The position numbers were made by a program, and so were the translations under genes. Of a stretch of DNA of 52,714 nt, positions 29,876 through 40,158 are shown piece after piece. Below the pieces are notes generated by a model, which made no database searches, was not told the origin of the DNA, and saw only the letters and a program-made list of their open reading frames with translations. Each line of letters begins with the position of its first letter. The stretch's first letter is position 1. This DNA is from Bdellovibrionota bacterium FG-1 (GTDB lineage: Bacteria > Bdellovibrionota > UBA1018): assembly GCA_051382295.1 (NCBI GenBank), contig JBBCAW010000115.1, forward strand, positions 1 to 52,714, given 5' to 3'.

Positions 29876-30820
29876 TTACTTTCCTTCTATCGTGGATACG
29901 AGGTTCTCGTACAAATCATCGAGAGTATTGATTCCAGGCGCTCCATCTACGGAGACTGGCACGACTGCCACCCGGATCGTCGGAATGGATTCTTTGATTC
30001 TATTAGTGACCGATGGTTCAAAGAAATTCTCTACCATAATCAGGGAAATCTTGTGCTCTTTGATGGTCTCGATCACATCCATGATGTGACTGGCGGTGGG
30101 CGGAATTCCCGGCTTGGGTTCCAAGGTTGCCGCATTGACTAAATGAAATCGGTCAAAGAAGTAGTTCAACGTCTTATGGTAAGTGACCACTTCTTTCACA
30201 CCGGACTTTTTAATCCGTTCCTGCCATCCCTTGGTTTTGCTCTGAAAGCGGTTTTGAATCGCTTTCGCTTTCTCCATGAACTGCGCTGCGTGGGCGGTGT
30301 CTAACGAACCCATGCGTTCAGCTATCCGAATTGCGGCTTCGCCCATGCGGATCGGATCGAGCGAGAAATGGGGGTTACCAGAAGGATGAACATCTCCTTC
30401 GGCCCGAGTGATCTTGGATGTCGGGATTTCGATCGGCTGGATGAGTGGCCCCACTTCCAGGTATCCTCGATTGCCGGGCATGACCTTTGGATTTCGCGCC
30501 CCTTGCAGAATCGGAGGTAGGTAGCCAATTTCAAGCTCCAATCCTATGCAAACCACAAGATCGGCTCGGCTTGCCTTGGTCATATAGGACGGCTTGGCTT
30601 CGATATAGTGAGGATCTTGCGTGCCCTTGGCGATCGCGCTGACATCGACCTGATCGCCACCGATCTCGCTGACCAAAGCGCGCAAATCCGTGACGGTTGT
30701 CAATACGCTCAGCTTGGCTTGCGCATTCAGTGGGACCATAAACAGTGTCGCCGCAAATAATAGAGTGCCTAAGCCTAGCGTTCGGTTGAGATTGATTGTT
30801 TTCATTTTATAATTCTCCAA
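29876..30820 (-). CDS. Zn/Mn ABC transporter substrate-binding protein (ZnuA-like)
   Basis: DPH, GNPH, YH, EPKPGIPP. Confidence 0.93.
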   Translation of the reverse strand: MENYKMKTINLNRTLGLGTLLFAATLFMVPLNAQAKLSVLTTVTDLRALVSEIGGDQVDVSAIAKGTQDPHYIEAKPSYMTKASRADLVVCIGLELEIGYLPPILQGARNPKVMPGNRGYLEVGPLIQPIEIPTSKITRAEGDVHPSGNPHFSLDPIRMGEAAIRIAERMGSLDTAHAAQFMEKAKAIQNRFQSKTKGWQERIKKSGVKEVVTYHKTLNYFFDRFHLVNAATLEPKPGIPPTASHIMDVIETIKEHKISLIMVENFFEPSVTNRIKESIPTIRVAVVPVSVDGAPGINTLDDLYENLVSTIEGK

Positions 30821-30838
30821 ATCGGTTTCAGGAATTTC

Positions 30839-31978
30839 TCAATACGAGTGCGCGGGATGCGCGCCAATGATCACGTTCAACTGCAGCGTAACCGCATGTT
30901 CCTCGGGCTGATTCGCAGCAAGAATGTGGTCGTATTGCATGCGGAACCCTGAGAACTCGGATGGAAAAAAGCCGAGAAGAGCACTTTGTTTTTGTCGAGA
31001 GGGTAGGTTGCCTGTCCGTTGCAGACCTTCGAATTCCACTCGTCCCTGTACCCACCACCGCTCCGCGAACTGATATTGAATCCAACTCGCAAGCCCACCG
31101 AGCTGTTCTCCGTTCAATCGGGCATCGCTCGGACCTACGTTGAATCCGGTGGTTGGGCTATCGCCATAAAGATACTCGTTTGCAAAGATCAACGCGTGGT
31201 ATTTGCCACCCTCGGCTGGTCGCCACTTGAAGATGATATCGCTCCCACCCACGCGCGCGGAGAGGGACGCCTGATTTTTGCCCTGGGTTCCGAACACCGA
31301 CCATTCCATCGTCAAGTCATCCGAAAGGTCCCATAGGTTCTTGAGTTGAACAATGCCACTGACGTCGCCGGCGTTTGGGCTGTTGTAAAGAGCCTCATTA
31401 TTGTTGTTCATGACCTGCCCCGTAAGCTCCATGAACCATGGGGTTGGAAGCAGCGCCGAGACAGAGACGCCTGCTTCATTCAAGCCTTCGCCCCCGACAA
31501 GATCCTGACTGATCAGTGGGGCATCGATGAACGGATAAGCGTGGGTATGGAGCGTGTTATGTTTGCCGAGCGCTGCTTTGAACTTCCCGGCCCGGACCGT
31601 GAACCCGGATAGCGCGATTGTTTCCAGGAAAACCTCTTCGGGGTCGAGACTGAAACCTCCGGCCGGGTCAGGCGCGAGGGCAAACAGCGCATTCGCTCTG
31701 AAGTACGGATCGACATCCGCGAAGAACTGCATCTCAGCTTCTTGAAACGTGAATCCATTGTGAACGTCTGAAGTTCTGCCGATCAGATCGCCCGAGTTCA
31801 CGTTGCTTCGACGAACATAGCTGAGAAAATTGACGCTTACGTCTGGATTAAACGCCTTAGCTGCCGAAGCTGATTCCGAGTATGCTGATGTCGATAACAA
31901 AAGAGCGCCTATGCTTACGCCAAGAGCGCCCCTGATTGTCGTTATTGTCTTTCGAGAAATACACTGCATGAATTTCAC
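30839..31978 (-). CDS. Outer-membrane beta-barrel metal uptake protein
   Basis: Signal peptide, FNPD, N.LHTH, PSEFS and C-terminal GAHPAH.Y; first gene of the metal uptake operon. Confidence 0.8.
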   Translation of the reverse strand: MKFMQCISRKTITTIRGALGVSIGALLLSTSAYSESASAAKAFNPDVSVNFLSYVRRSNVNSGDLIGRTSDVHNGFTFQEAEMQFFADVDPYFRANALFALAPDPAGGFSLDPEEVFLETIALSGFTVRAGKFKAALGKHNTLHTHAYPFIDAPLISQDLVGGEGLNEAGVSVSALLPTPWFMELTGQVMNNNNEALYNSPNAGDVSGIVQLKNLWDLSDDLTMEWSVFGTQGKNQASLSARVGGSDIIFKWRPAEGGKYHALIFANEYLYGDSPTTGFNVGPSDARLNGEQLGGLASWIQYQFAERWWVQGRVEFEGLQRTGNLPSRQKQSALLGFFPSEFSGFRMQYDHILAANQPEEHAVTLQLNVIIGAHPAHSY

Positions 31979-32081
31979 CTTGTCAATAAACCCAATGAAG
32001 CACTTTTTCGTGCGATGTTCGCATGCAATTTGGTTTTAGACTACGTATGAACCATTTGCAATTACTATGATGGGAATTGCA

Positions 32082-32717
32082 TCAAGCCAATTGGGCAGCA
32101 ATCACAGGAAGCCTGTTTTCAAAGTCAGCTTCCGTTACTCGGATGGGTTCTCCGAAGACGATCCGGATCGTCGAAAAGGGGAGTGGAATGCGTTTTCCAT
32201 CCCAGGTCCGGGGGAGTACTTTTTCATGAGAGACAACGAATTTCACCGGGATAATGGGCACGCCGGACTGGCAGGCGATGTGCGCTACTCCTTTTTTGAG
32301 AGTTTTTGGCGGCCCTGCGGGACCATCTGGATTAATGTGGGTACTCCAGCCGTTGCGCAAATACCTGACGAGTTCGTCCGCCGCTAATTTTCCGTTATTT
32401 CCAGTTGAGCCGAGAATCAAAAATTTCACTCCCGAAAGTCGCAAGACGACGTGAATCGGCTTCATGTACCAGGCGGGGTGATTGATCAAAGCATACTTCT
32501 TTCCTGTACGTCGAAAAAATCCGGACACAAAGCAGGGAACATTCTCGGTATGCCACATGGCCATGATGCAATTGGGCAGATCGGCGAAGTTTTCCGTGCC
32601 TTCAAGTTCGATGCGACAGGTCAGTCGAGTGGCCGCGAAGTACAAATACGTTATGAGCCCTAAACCGTAACCATAAAGCCAGAAGGCGGGTTTCCAGAAC
32701 CAAGGGATGTTTTTCAT
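32082..32717 (-). CDS. DUF374/lysophospholipid acyltransferase family protein
   Basis: WH, GST, PDGPAGP, WDG..IPLPFS. Confidence 0.85.
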   Translation of the reverse strand: MKNIPWFWKPAFWLYGYGLGLITYLYFAATRLTCRIELEGTENFADLPNCIMAMWHTENVPCFVSGFFRRTGKKYALINHPAWYMKPIHVVLRLSGVKFLILGSTGNNGKLAADELVRYLRNGWSTHINPDGPAGPPKTLKKGVAHIACQSGVPIIPVKFVVSHEKVLPRTWDGKRIPLPFSTIRIVFGEPIRVTEADFENRLPVIAAQLA

Positions 32718-33124
32718 TTGCAGTTCAATCTTTCCTGCCACAGGGGGGCTGGGACCTGTTGATCATTGAACTTAAACAGCCTCTTTTCATCGATCGCGGT
32801 ATTTACCTGGGTTCTTAGTGAATGGAGTTGGGCCTTCAAGGCCTTGTCCATCGTCTCCTTGTTCGATTTCTCGTAAAACGCGAGCAGTCCCTCAGGAATC
32901 AAAACCCGTCGTTGCAGCTCCAGATACTCCGATCGGATATTGATGTTTGTGAAGGTGGGGACTGAATGCACTTGCAGGACTTTGAAGACTTCCTCGGCCC
33001 ATGTATTGATGCGATCTGCAGTCAGCGAGGCGGCAAAGAAGGCGTTTGTGTCAACCACGCAGCCCAGTTTGATCCCAGATTTGGATCGAATGAGTTGAGG
33101 AAGATCGTTGATGGATATTTTCAT
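32714..33124 (-). CDS. PIN-domain-like protein, probably C-terminally truncated
   Basis: VVDTN and a conserved E (RSEYLE); the later acidic PIN residues are not seen before the stop. Confidence 0.55.
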   Translation of the reverse strand: MKISINDLPQLIRSKSGIKLGCVVDTNAFFAASLTADRINTWAEEVFKVLQVHSVPTFTNINIRSEYLELQRRVLIPEGLLAFYEKSNKETMDKALKAQLHSLRTQVNTAIDEKRLFKFNDQQVPAPLWQERLNCK

Positions 33125-33336
33125 TAGAGATCCATGTCCTCGCGCGATTTTGGACGGGCGATTTTCCTCTTTGGGATTTCTTCGACCTTGTCTGTTTCAG
33201 AGGGCTGTACGGACTTCTTTTCCCGGGTGGCTTCATCCAGCTCAGGTGAAGGCCGCCAATTGCGACCGCGCTCACGGTTTCTCTCGCGTGCGTAGGCGAC
33301 CGGGTTCTTTTCCTTGTCTGGTTTTTCAGGTGACAT
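33124..33336 (-). CDS. Small charged protein upstream of the PIN gene
   Basis: RBS AGGAG; TAATG overlap with the PIN gene. Confidence 0.55.
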   Translation of the reverse strand: MSPEKPDKEKNPVAYARERNRERGRNWRPSPELDEATREKKSVQPSETDKVEEIPKRKIARPKSREDMDL

Positions 33337-33440
33337 AGTTTACTCCTTGCCGCTCAGGTTTGCGGCCACATCGTTATTTGTAACACGGGTTCGTGATGCT
33401 GCAAGTATACGGAATAAATGGTGTTTATTATTAAGTGCGA

Positions 33441-34165
33441 TCATTTAGACTTGCTCTCATTCACAATAACCACCAGCTGTTCCATCACGGCCGGGTCAGT
33501 CGGGATGAAACTCAAAGCTTCGGTCGCCCCGGCCTCATCGACGCCGGCAAGACGCACGTACCTCTGCATGGTTTTGAGGTCCTTCCATTCTGCAATTTTC
33601 ATGACCACCGTTGCGGGGACTCCGGTTGCGATCAGTTGAGTCGCAAAACAGGCTCTGAGTGTGTGGAATCGAATTGAAGGCAAGTCATTCGCCTGAGAAA
33701 AGCCTCGGAGAATGTTTGCCTGATTTCCGGACTTCCAGTCCGAAAACTGGGGCAGGATGTGGTCTTGCGGGCTCATCCCGTAGATGTTGAGTTCGGTCGA
33801 AAAAAAGCGGTAAAGTTCGCTCGAAATCGGCACCGTTCGCCAGTAGTCCGCCTTGGTGGGGCCGACCGACGCTGATAAATGGGTAGCGCTTCCTGCTTTT
33901 CGGCATCTTCCGGCGACACAATTTCGACATCATGGCGCTTAAGCTCTTGAAGCTTTCCACTGCGACATCCCGTGAAAACCGCTGCTACCCAAATGGGGTG
34001 CCAGGAATGGCCCTGTTCACGGGCCTTTTTCAAAAGAGCCGGATTTGGTCGATCGTGAGGATCTCCGGCGTTGATTCTTCCCGCTCCTTTTTAAGCTCGA
34101 CGCCGTAAACAGGGGTTTCTCGGATGCCCTTGATTATTCCCTCGTCGATTCCCCATTTGTAAATT
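33441..34165 (-). pseudogene. Decayed tyrosine integrase (5'-truncated, frameshifted)
   Basis: Fragments in different frames (IYKWGIDEGIIKGI..PEILTIDQIR / TGCRSG / RFHTLRACFATQLI...MQRY) are homologous to the intact integrase next door. Confidence 0.9.
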
Positions 34166-34190
34166 GGAGGTTTTGATGTCTCCTCAGTAA

Positions 34191-34232
34191 TATCAAGCTA
34201 TTAGACACTGTATAAGACAAAACTAAGACAGC
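34191..34232. promoter_or_regulatory. Probable att-junction elements: IHF site plus arm-type repeats
   Basis: TATCAAGCTATTA (34191-34203) matches IHF consensus WATCAANNNNTTR; TAAGACA is repeated at 11-bp spacing just downstream of the integrase. Confidence 0.55.
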
Positions 34233-34284
34233 GTCAAAATGAATTTGATGCCTCACTATTTTTACCCATTGTATCATTTACTTC

Positions 34285-35472
34285 TTACTCTTCTTTATCG
34301 TCGTCTTGCTTGTCGTCGTTGCCGGTCCCGTCCGGTGCCTGGGTAAAGGAGCTTCCAGCCCGCTCCATCACTTCGGCCTCGGGCAGTACGCGGAGGGTGT
34401 CAGTCGCCCCTTCGATCTCGATCCCAGCTAGCCGGATATACCGAGCCATGGTTGCGAGGTCTTTCCACCCACAGACTTTTTGAATCCGAATCGGCGCTAC
34501 GCCGCTGCGAATTAACTGCGTGGCAAAGCACGCTCGGAGGGTGTGAAAACGAATCGAAGGAAGACCTATACCTATGCAGAATTCCCGAAGCCGGGTGGCC
34601 TGCATCCCTCGGCTCCAGCACCCGATTCGGGGAAGGATCGAGGGCCGGTCGCCCGCTTGGGCCTTCAGCTCTTTGAGCACAGTCATCAGATCGCCAGATA
34701 TCGGCACCGTCCGCCAGTCGCCGGATTTCGTGCTCTTAATGAGCTTCCTCCGACAATTGAAGGATTTTGTTACCGATAGCTGTTTGTTCTCCCAATCTAC
34801 GTCACCCCAGAGCAGGGCGTACAGTTCACCGCTTCTCATGCCGGTGAGTAATGCCAATGTCCAGATCGGGTACCACCGTGATTTCAGATTGCGGGCCTCG
34901 GTGAGTAACTTACGAATTTGTTCCAGCGTGAGGATTTCGGGCTTCCTTTCCTCTTTTCGTTGGATCGTGATTCCGTAGGTTGGTGCTCGGTCGATGCCTT
35001 TAATCAAACCTCGCTCCATGCCGTAGGCGAAAACGCGATGAATCGTGTTTTTTGTCTTAGCAAGAAAGCTATTGGAAGAACCATTGGCTTTGAGCTGACC
35101 AAAAAGTTCTTGAATGTCGCCGCGAGTGATCTCGTTTGCGCTTCTCTTCCACCAATGACTGGTGTGTTTTACGAGAGACGCTACGTAGTCTTTGCGGGTT
35201 TCATCTAAAACTTGCTCGGTCGTTTCTAAGCTCAGGTGCTTGGACCATGCTTCTACTACTGCGCCCCAGCTCGACCCTTGCGTTTCTTTTTTCAAAACTT
35301 CGGCCTGACAGTCCCGAAGCAGCTTCACTTCCTCACGTTCCGCTTGCTTCAAGGTCTTGCAACCGAACTTCCATCGCTGGAGACGAATGCCGGGGTTGAC
35401 TCTACTTCTCACGCAGACGTAAGCTTTCCAGAGCTTTTCACCTGCATCAGACTGATATTCCATGATTGCCAT
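34285..35472 (-). CDS. int: Tyrosine integrase
   Basis: TGMRSGE, K, HTLR, GW and Y catalytic residues; RBS GGGAGGT before ATG 35472. Confidence 0.95.
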   Translation of the reverse strand: MAIMEYQSDAGEKLWKAYVCVRSRVNPGIRLQRWKFGCKTLKQAEREEVKLLRDCQAEVLKKETQGSSWGAVVEAWSKHLSLETTEQVLDETRKDYVASLVKHTSHWWKRSANEITRGDIQELFGQLKANGSSNSFLAKTKNTIHRVFAYGMERGLIKGIDRAPTYGITIQRKEERKPEILTLEQIRKLLTEARNLKSRWYPIWTLALLTGMRSGELYALLWGDVDWENKQLSVTKSFNCRRKLIKSTKSGDWRTVPISGDLMTVLKELKAQAGDRPSILPRIGCWSRGMQATRLREFCIGIGLPSIRFHTLRACFATQLIRSGVAPIRIQKVCGWKDLATMARYIRLAGIEIEGATDTLRVLPEAEVMERAGSSFTQAPDGTGNDDKQDDDKEE

Positions 35473-35473
35473 G

Positions 35474-35716
35474 CTACCTCCCAAATGAGAGGGCAGAGGG
35501 TTTAAGGATATGGTCGAGGTCACTTCTTAAAAATCGGAGCCGATTGCGGATTCGGTAAAAGTTCACCTGCCCGCGCCAAACCATATTTCGGATTTGGCCA
35601 ACCGACACACGAAGATAAAAAGCGGCCTCCTTTGAGGTCATCCATTTCAGCTTGTCAAAGATCAGTGCCTCTGAAGTTTCGTAAGAAACGTCAAGGGCTG
35701 TTTCTCCCTTTTTCAT
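35474..35716 (-). CDS. Excisionase-like HTH protein
   Basis: WMTSKEAAFYLRVS...IRN.V..G...RLRF...DLD. Confidence 0.85.
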   Translation of the reverse strand: MKKGETALDVSYETSEALIFDKLKWMTSKEAAFYLRVSVGQIRNMVWRGQVNFYRIRNRLRFLRSDLDHILKPSALSFGR

Positions 35717-35717
35717 A

Positions 35718-36131
35718 TCATTCAACCCCATTTTCCGCGAGTAAAATGCGTTTTTCTTTCGTCTTCCCGGTCTTTCGTTCTGCGCGTACGACGGGGCGAT
35801 GGCGTGCAATGATCTCTGTGAGCGTGGTTGATTCGCCACGACTTTGTGTCGCTTTTAACTCTCGCAAAGCCCACTCAGCAAAACGCACTTCATCGAAAAA
35901 CGCGGTTTCAAGTCCGCGAAGTTCAGCGGGGGACAACAGGGTGTCATGATGACAAAGCAACCAATTGACGAGCTGATTGCGGCTTAGGGTGATTTTTCGC
36001 CCTTCAAGTTCATCCACCCAGGCGTTGACTCGTTCGAGGGCTTGTGCGTTAATTGTGATACGGTCGGGGTTACGCGTATGGGGTTTTGTTGGTTCAGCAG
36101 TCGGCGTTGCCGATTCTAAGGCATGCTCCAT
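35718..36131 (-). CDS. Hypothetical ICE protein (possible RHH/relaxosome accessory)
   Basis: In the operon; N-terminal strand-helix-helix pattern. Confidence 0.6.
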   Translation of the reverse strand: MEHALESATPTAEPTKPHTRNPDRITINAQALERVNAWVDELEGRKITLSRNQLVNWLLCHHDTLLSPAELRGLETAFFDEVRFAEWALRELKATQSRGESTTLTEIIARHRPVVRAERKTGKTKEKRILLAENGVE

Positions 36132-36355
36132 ACGCTCCCCCTTTCAAGGACCCAGATGTAGTGGCCTTGGATATATTTTCCATCTTCAATTTTATCCTCC
36201 TGCCAAACTTTGCGAACCACAGGCGCCGTGAGTTTAGGTGAATCCGGATCTGTGGAAACAAGACCTGAAGGCGAGGCTTCAATTTTTTGAACTTTGCCAG
36301 GGCTGGCGCAGCCTGAGAGTGTCATGAGAAATAGAATGAGAACGATAGAACGCAT
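36116..36355 (-). CDS. TraV/VirB7-like lipoprotein
   Basis: Lipobox LSGC; P.VRKVW...GHYIWV motif. Confidence 0.7.
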   Translation of the reverse strand: MRSIVLILFLMTLSGCASPGKVQKIEASPSGLVSTDPDSPKLTAPVVRKVWQEDKIEDGKYIQGHYIWVLERGSVWSMP

Positions 36356-36436
36356 GAAGACTCCTGAAGTCCTGCATGGGAGCAGGACGGTTTTGTAAAT
36401 AGAGTGACGGGGCTGTGAATAGGGCAGAATGCCTAT

Positions 36437-37306
36437 TCAGTAGCGGTTTGCGTCCAAATCGAGCGGACGCCAAGTGGCGGATGTATGAGGCGATTTTCGA
36501 GTGTCTAATAAAAATTTTGCGCTAACTGGATAGCGGGAAGTTAGCGGTTTTTCTCCAAGTAAAAAACCAATCGATTTTCCTTGTTCTGGTCCACATTCAA
36601 TAGGGGCCTCCCAACCTGCTTGAACAAAAGCGAGGTAACTTACGAAGTTATGGATCATGGGTCGACCGCGAAGGGCATTCGCGATCTTGGAGTGGAGATT
36701 GTGACTTGTGGCTTCGACGGGAGTAAGCCAAAGCACGCGAATGACCTGGGGCTCGCCCGCGTAAAAATCCGCGATGATCTCGTATTCTACCTCTTTTTTG
36801 CGCGAGAGCTCAACCTCCAAAGCCACGGTTGCCATGGGTCGGCCAATGGGGACATACCAATAGCCATCGGGACGATGACGATCTGAGCGCGGCACCCACG
36901 GTGGATAGAATTCTAACGGAAGGCGCCGCAATTCTTGTTCGGAGAAAAGCGCGGTTCCATCAGGGACGTTGTGCATGAAATTCCCTAGGTGAATGGCGGT
37001 CGTCACAAGATCGTGCAGTAAGTTCTCAGATTTGAAGCCTTCCTCCTTTAGCGGGGGTAATGTCTTTTGAACCCGCTCAAACCCTTGACGGGTGAGAGTC
37101 CAGATATGGCAGCGCGCGATCCGATCCGAATTACACTGGATAAAGCTCGCCCGCTCAAGTTGCCACAATCTGACGTACGCGCTTTGTGGGGTAAAACTGG
37201 GAAAGATCGCGCGCGCGATGCCCGCAGTGGTGCAGACCTTCCATTTCCAGAGAAAATACAGAAGCTCCCGATCGCGTGGATTCAAATTGAGTTTAGTGGG
37301 TTTCAT
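36437..37306 (-). CDS. Replic_Relax (MOBC-like, PD-(D/E)XK) relaxase
   Basis: N-terminal wHTH (RD..LL..L), HDL, RPDG, LEVE..RK. Confidence 0.75.
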   Translation of the reverse strand: MKPTKLNLNPRDRELLYFLWKWKVCTTAGIARAIFPSFTPQSAYVRLWQLERASFIQCNSDRIARCHIWTLTRQGFERVQKTLPPLKEEGFKSENLLHDLVTTAIHLGNFMHNVPDGTALFSEQELRRLPLEFYPPWVPRSDRHRPDGYWYVPIGRPMATVALEVELSRKKEVEYEIIADFYAGEPQVIRVLWLTPVEATSHNLHSKIANALRGRPMIHNFVSYLAFVQAGWEAPIECGPEQGKSIGFLLGEKPLTSRYPVSAKFLLDTRKSPHTSATWRPLDLDANRY

Positions 37307-38789
37307 GATTCACTTCATCGTCTCCATGGATGGGTAATGGTTCAATTGGCGTAAGGGGCGCGATTTCAGCCACGGAAGCCCCGGGCACGCGATGTTCTTT
37401 GAGAAGTTCATTCGTCTCCTCAATGCTCAAGTAAGGGACCTGGACTTCCGTCATTTCAGCGCCACTTTTCCATATGGCCCGTCCTGAAATGGGCGGAAGG
37501 TCGGAGGCGCGACCGACCCCTAAAACAGTGATACTCGAGGTATCGTTTTGCATTTGAAAGCAGAGAACGCCTGTGAGGTTGGCTTTGACTTGTGGATCCA
37601 GGGCTCGGCTATCGGGGCGTTGGGTGGCAATGACGAGGTGAACACCTACGCTGCGGCCAAGGCGCGCAATTTGGCTCAAAACTCCTCGGGCGCGTTGGAT
37701 GTCGGCGCTCTTGGCGTGGTGGCCCGCCAAGAACATTTCGGCGGCTTCATCGATGATGATCACCTGCCGAGCAAGGGAAACCTGGGGTCGCATCGCCTGG
37801 TAAGCATCGATGTCCTTGCACCCGTGCTCCTTCAAAAGGACCATCCGCTTTTTTAGTACATCTTCGGCGCGGACAAGGGCGGCAATGGCACGCTCTACAT
37901 CCGGAATCACATGGGCCCGCTTTAAGTTCTCAAAAATCTGAAACTCGATTCCCCCCTTCAAGTCAATGAGGGTAAATTCAAGATCCGACTGATTGAGGTA
38001 AAGGGTTACGATCATTTCGCGCAGAAAGCTCGATTTACCACCGCCAGTTTGACCGGCGACTAGCAGGTGGGGGACTTCGCGAAAAGATGCAGTCAGTTGG
38101 CGCGCTCGCGTTTTTCCCACCGCAAAATGAAGGGCTGGGATCCCACGAATGTTATCAAGTTGCGCAAATGTTGGCATGGGGCAATGCGCATAGATCAGGT
38201 CGAGCGTCCCGCTCTCACGGTTTTCTCGAATTTCGTCGACATAGACTTGGAGCGCACTTTCAAGCTGAGGCCTGGCCTTCTCAAATTGAGCAAAGGATAG
38301 CCCTGCTCGATAAAGTCTCATCTTCCTCGTAAACGCGTCCACGGGCTTATCGAAGATGAATTTGGGTAGGCTCCCAAGCGGGCTTTTTAGGCCTGCATCG
38401 ACAAAAACTCGGGTGAGGCGCTCAATGAGGTCGTTTCTCAGTTTCATTTCTCGGAGTGCCCAGCCCCAAAAGCCCAGCGTGAGCATCGCGGTACAGTAAG
38501 GCCAATAGAACATCGGGCGATACGGATAGATTACGCTCAGATGAGCTGCCGCGAATATTCGTTGGTCCACATGGGTGGCGATAAAGAGGCCGGCCGTGCT
38601 TCCTAGGGCAAGGGCCTCGGCCCATGGAAATGACCCTGCGCGAATCGCATGAATGAGTTCAACGGTTGGCTGGTAAATGAGGGTTCCAATATTCTCGGTG
38701 AGCTTCAATAGATCCAGGTGAGCCAGGGTGTCGATGGGTGATGGAGACCGTGTAGATACACGAATAGGGCGTTGTGGGTTTGAATTCAT
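37293..38789 (-). CDS. FtsK/SpoIIIE (TcpA-like) coupling ATPase
   Basis: N-terminal TM segments; PHLLVAGQTGGGKS, IDLKGG, IIDE, ATQRP. Confidence 0.9.
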   Translation of the reverse strand: MNSNPQRPIRVSTRSPSPIDTLAHLDLLKLTENIGTLIYQPTVELIHAIRAGSFPWAEALALGSTAGLFIATHVDQRIFAAAHLSVIYPYRPMFYWPYCTAMLTLGFWGWALREMKLRNDLIERLTRVFVDAGLKSPLGSLPKFIFDKPVDAFTRKMRLYRAGLSFAQFEKARPQLESALQVYVDEIRENRESGTLDLIYAHCPMPTFAQLDNIRGIPALHFAVGKTRARQLTASFREVPHLLVAGQTGGGKSSFLREMIVTLYLNQSDLEFTLIDLKGGIEFQIFENLKRAHVIPDVERAIAALVRAEDVLKKRMVLLKEHGCKDIDAYQAMRPQVSLARQVIIIDEAAEMFLAGHHAKSADIQRARGVLSQIARLGRSVGVHLVIATQRPDSRALDPQVKANLTGVLCFQMQNDTSSITVLGVGRASDLPPISGRAIWKSGAEMTEVQVPYLSIEETNELLKEHRVPGASVAEIAPLTPIEPLPIHGDDEVNHETH

Positions 38790-38794
38790 AAAAA

Positions 38795-39715
38795 TTAGTC
38801 CTTTTTGAAAATGATAAAGAGGGGAGTGGTGGCAGGAATTTCATATACGGGGGGCCGATTCTTCATATCGGACATGATTTCTCGGGATTGTTCGAGGGCG
38901 GCAGTGGCGGCTCCGTTGAGCATCGCGTTTTTGAGAGTAGGCTTGGTGATCACAGCTCCGTTTTCGCCTTGGGTATCCTGAAGTGCGGCACTCATGCCGC
39001 CCACAAAATTGAGGCCAATTCCCATTCCTAGTTTGAGGGCCTGGCTTCCGACCTGGGAGCCTTTGAGGCCCGGAATTTTGTCAGACGCGTCGCAACCTTG
39101 GGCATCGACAGTTTCCACCGCGCCGTCTTGAAAGACCATCTGCGTGAATTGGATCATCAGCCGGTTTTCGCCCGATTGGCCGGAACCCAGTAACAGGGTT
39201 CCTTGAGGGACGAGGGTTTCACCGCCAAAAGAAAGGGTTTCTACGATCTCCGCGCGCACCGGACCATTGGAAGCACCGGACACCAGCACGGCTTTGACCA
39301 TCGCGCCGGGCGGAATCTTGACTGCGCGGGGACGGGCCACGACTTGCGGTCCTCGAAACTTCGAGCGCGTTGAACGGGATGGATCAGACGTGGTTCCAGA
39401 CCCATCGATTTGGGGTGCGGGGCTTGTTTCATCGCGCGAGCGAAGTTCAGGAATGGTTATCGTGGCGGAGCCGCCGACATCAGATGGGGGTGCAAAGGCG
39501 GGACGAGCCGAAGTGTTTGGGGCGGGCTCCGGCGTATTTTGCACAAGAAGTAGGCCCGCAACGCAGCCAAAGGAAATGCCAGTACCCAACAAAACACGGT
39601 GAGAGACGAGGGTACGTTTTCGTCCATCATCGCGGTAAAAGAGGCCGCGCCCCCATTGGCGGAGGCGGCTCTTGGCCTCCGTCGTGGTTGTGACCTTCAG
39701 TATTTCGTCACTCAT
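38795..39715 (-). CDS. VirB10/TrbI-like protein
   Basis: TM plus Pro-rich linker plus IPPG...L.G...PV.A...VPQGT.L.G. Confidence 0.8.
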   Translation of the reverse strand: MSDEILKVTTTTEAKSRLRQWGRGLFYRDDGRKRTLVSHRVLLGTGISFGCVAGLLLVQNTPEPAPNTSARPAFAPPSDVGGSATITIPELRSRDETSPAPQIDGSGTTSDPSRSTRSKFRGPQVVARPRAVKIPPGAMVKAVLVSGASNGPVRAEIVETLSFGGETLVPQGTLLLGSGQSGENRLMIQFTQMVFQDGAVETVDAQGCDASDKIPGLKGSQVGSQALKLGMGIGLNFVGGMSAALQDTQGENGAVITKPTLKNAMLNGAATAALEQSREIMSDMKNRPPVYEIPATTPLFIIFKKD

Positions 39716-40158
39716 AGTTTGGCTTGCGTCCCTTCTGCATCGGCGTCGCGAACGAGCACGATAGAGTCGCCGCCCGCTGGCACCGACATGAGGTTGAACG
39801 CAAAACGTCTGCCCTCGAGATAGACAAAAAGATTCGAACTCGCGTGGGCCGAGAGGGCCGCAATTGCCAAATCGTTTTCAACGTATTCCACGGCAAAAAC
39901 GCCCTGATTACCCATGATGACTTTGGTGGGCTTGGTCGGGAAGCTCAAGACCGTACTTCTTCCCGGTGTGACGCGAATCGGCACAATCATCTCGCTCGTG
40001 AGTTTGAGCGTGCGAATACCTTGGGTAAACGCCTTGGGGGGGATGACCTTTTTCGGCGTCGCATGTCCATAATGGGTGGCAAACAGCGCAAGCCAGAGCG
40101 CAAAAACGATCAGGGCTAGAAAATTCGGATCCTCGATAAAACTTTTGAGTTTATTCAT
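39712..40158 (-). CDS. VirB9/TrbG/TraK-like protein
   Basis: Signal peptide; G.STVL.FP, SNLFV. Confidence 0.7.
   Translation of the reverse strand: MNKLKSFIEDPNFLALIVFALWLALFATHYGHATPKKVIPPKAFTQGIRTLKLTSEMIVPIRVTPGRSTVLSFPTKPTKVIMGNQGVFAVEYVENDLAIAALSAHASSNLFVYLEGRRFAFNLMSVPAGGDSIVLVRDADAEGTQAKL

Noticed and set aside
29504..30142. 212-aa plus-strand ORF and many similar short antisense ORFs in the track
   Set aside because: Shadow frames of well-supported genes, with no motifs or RBS.
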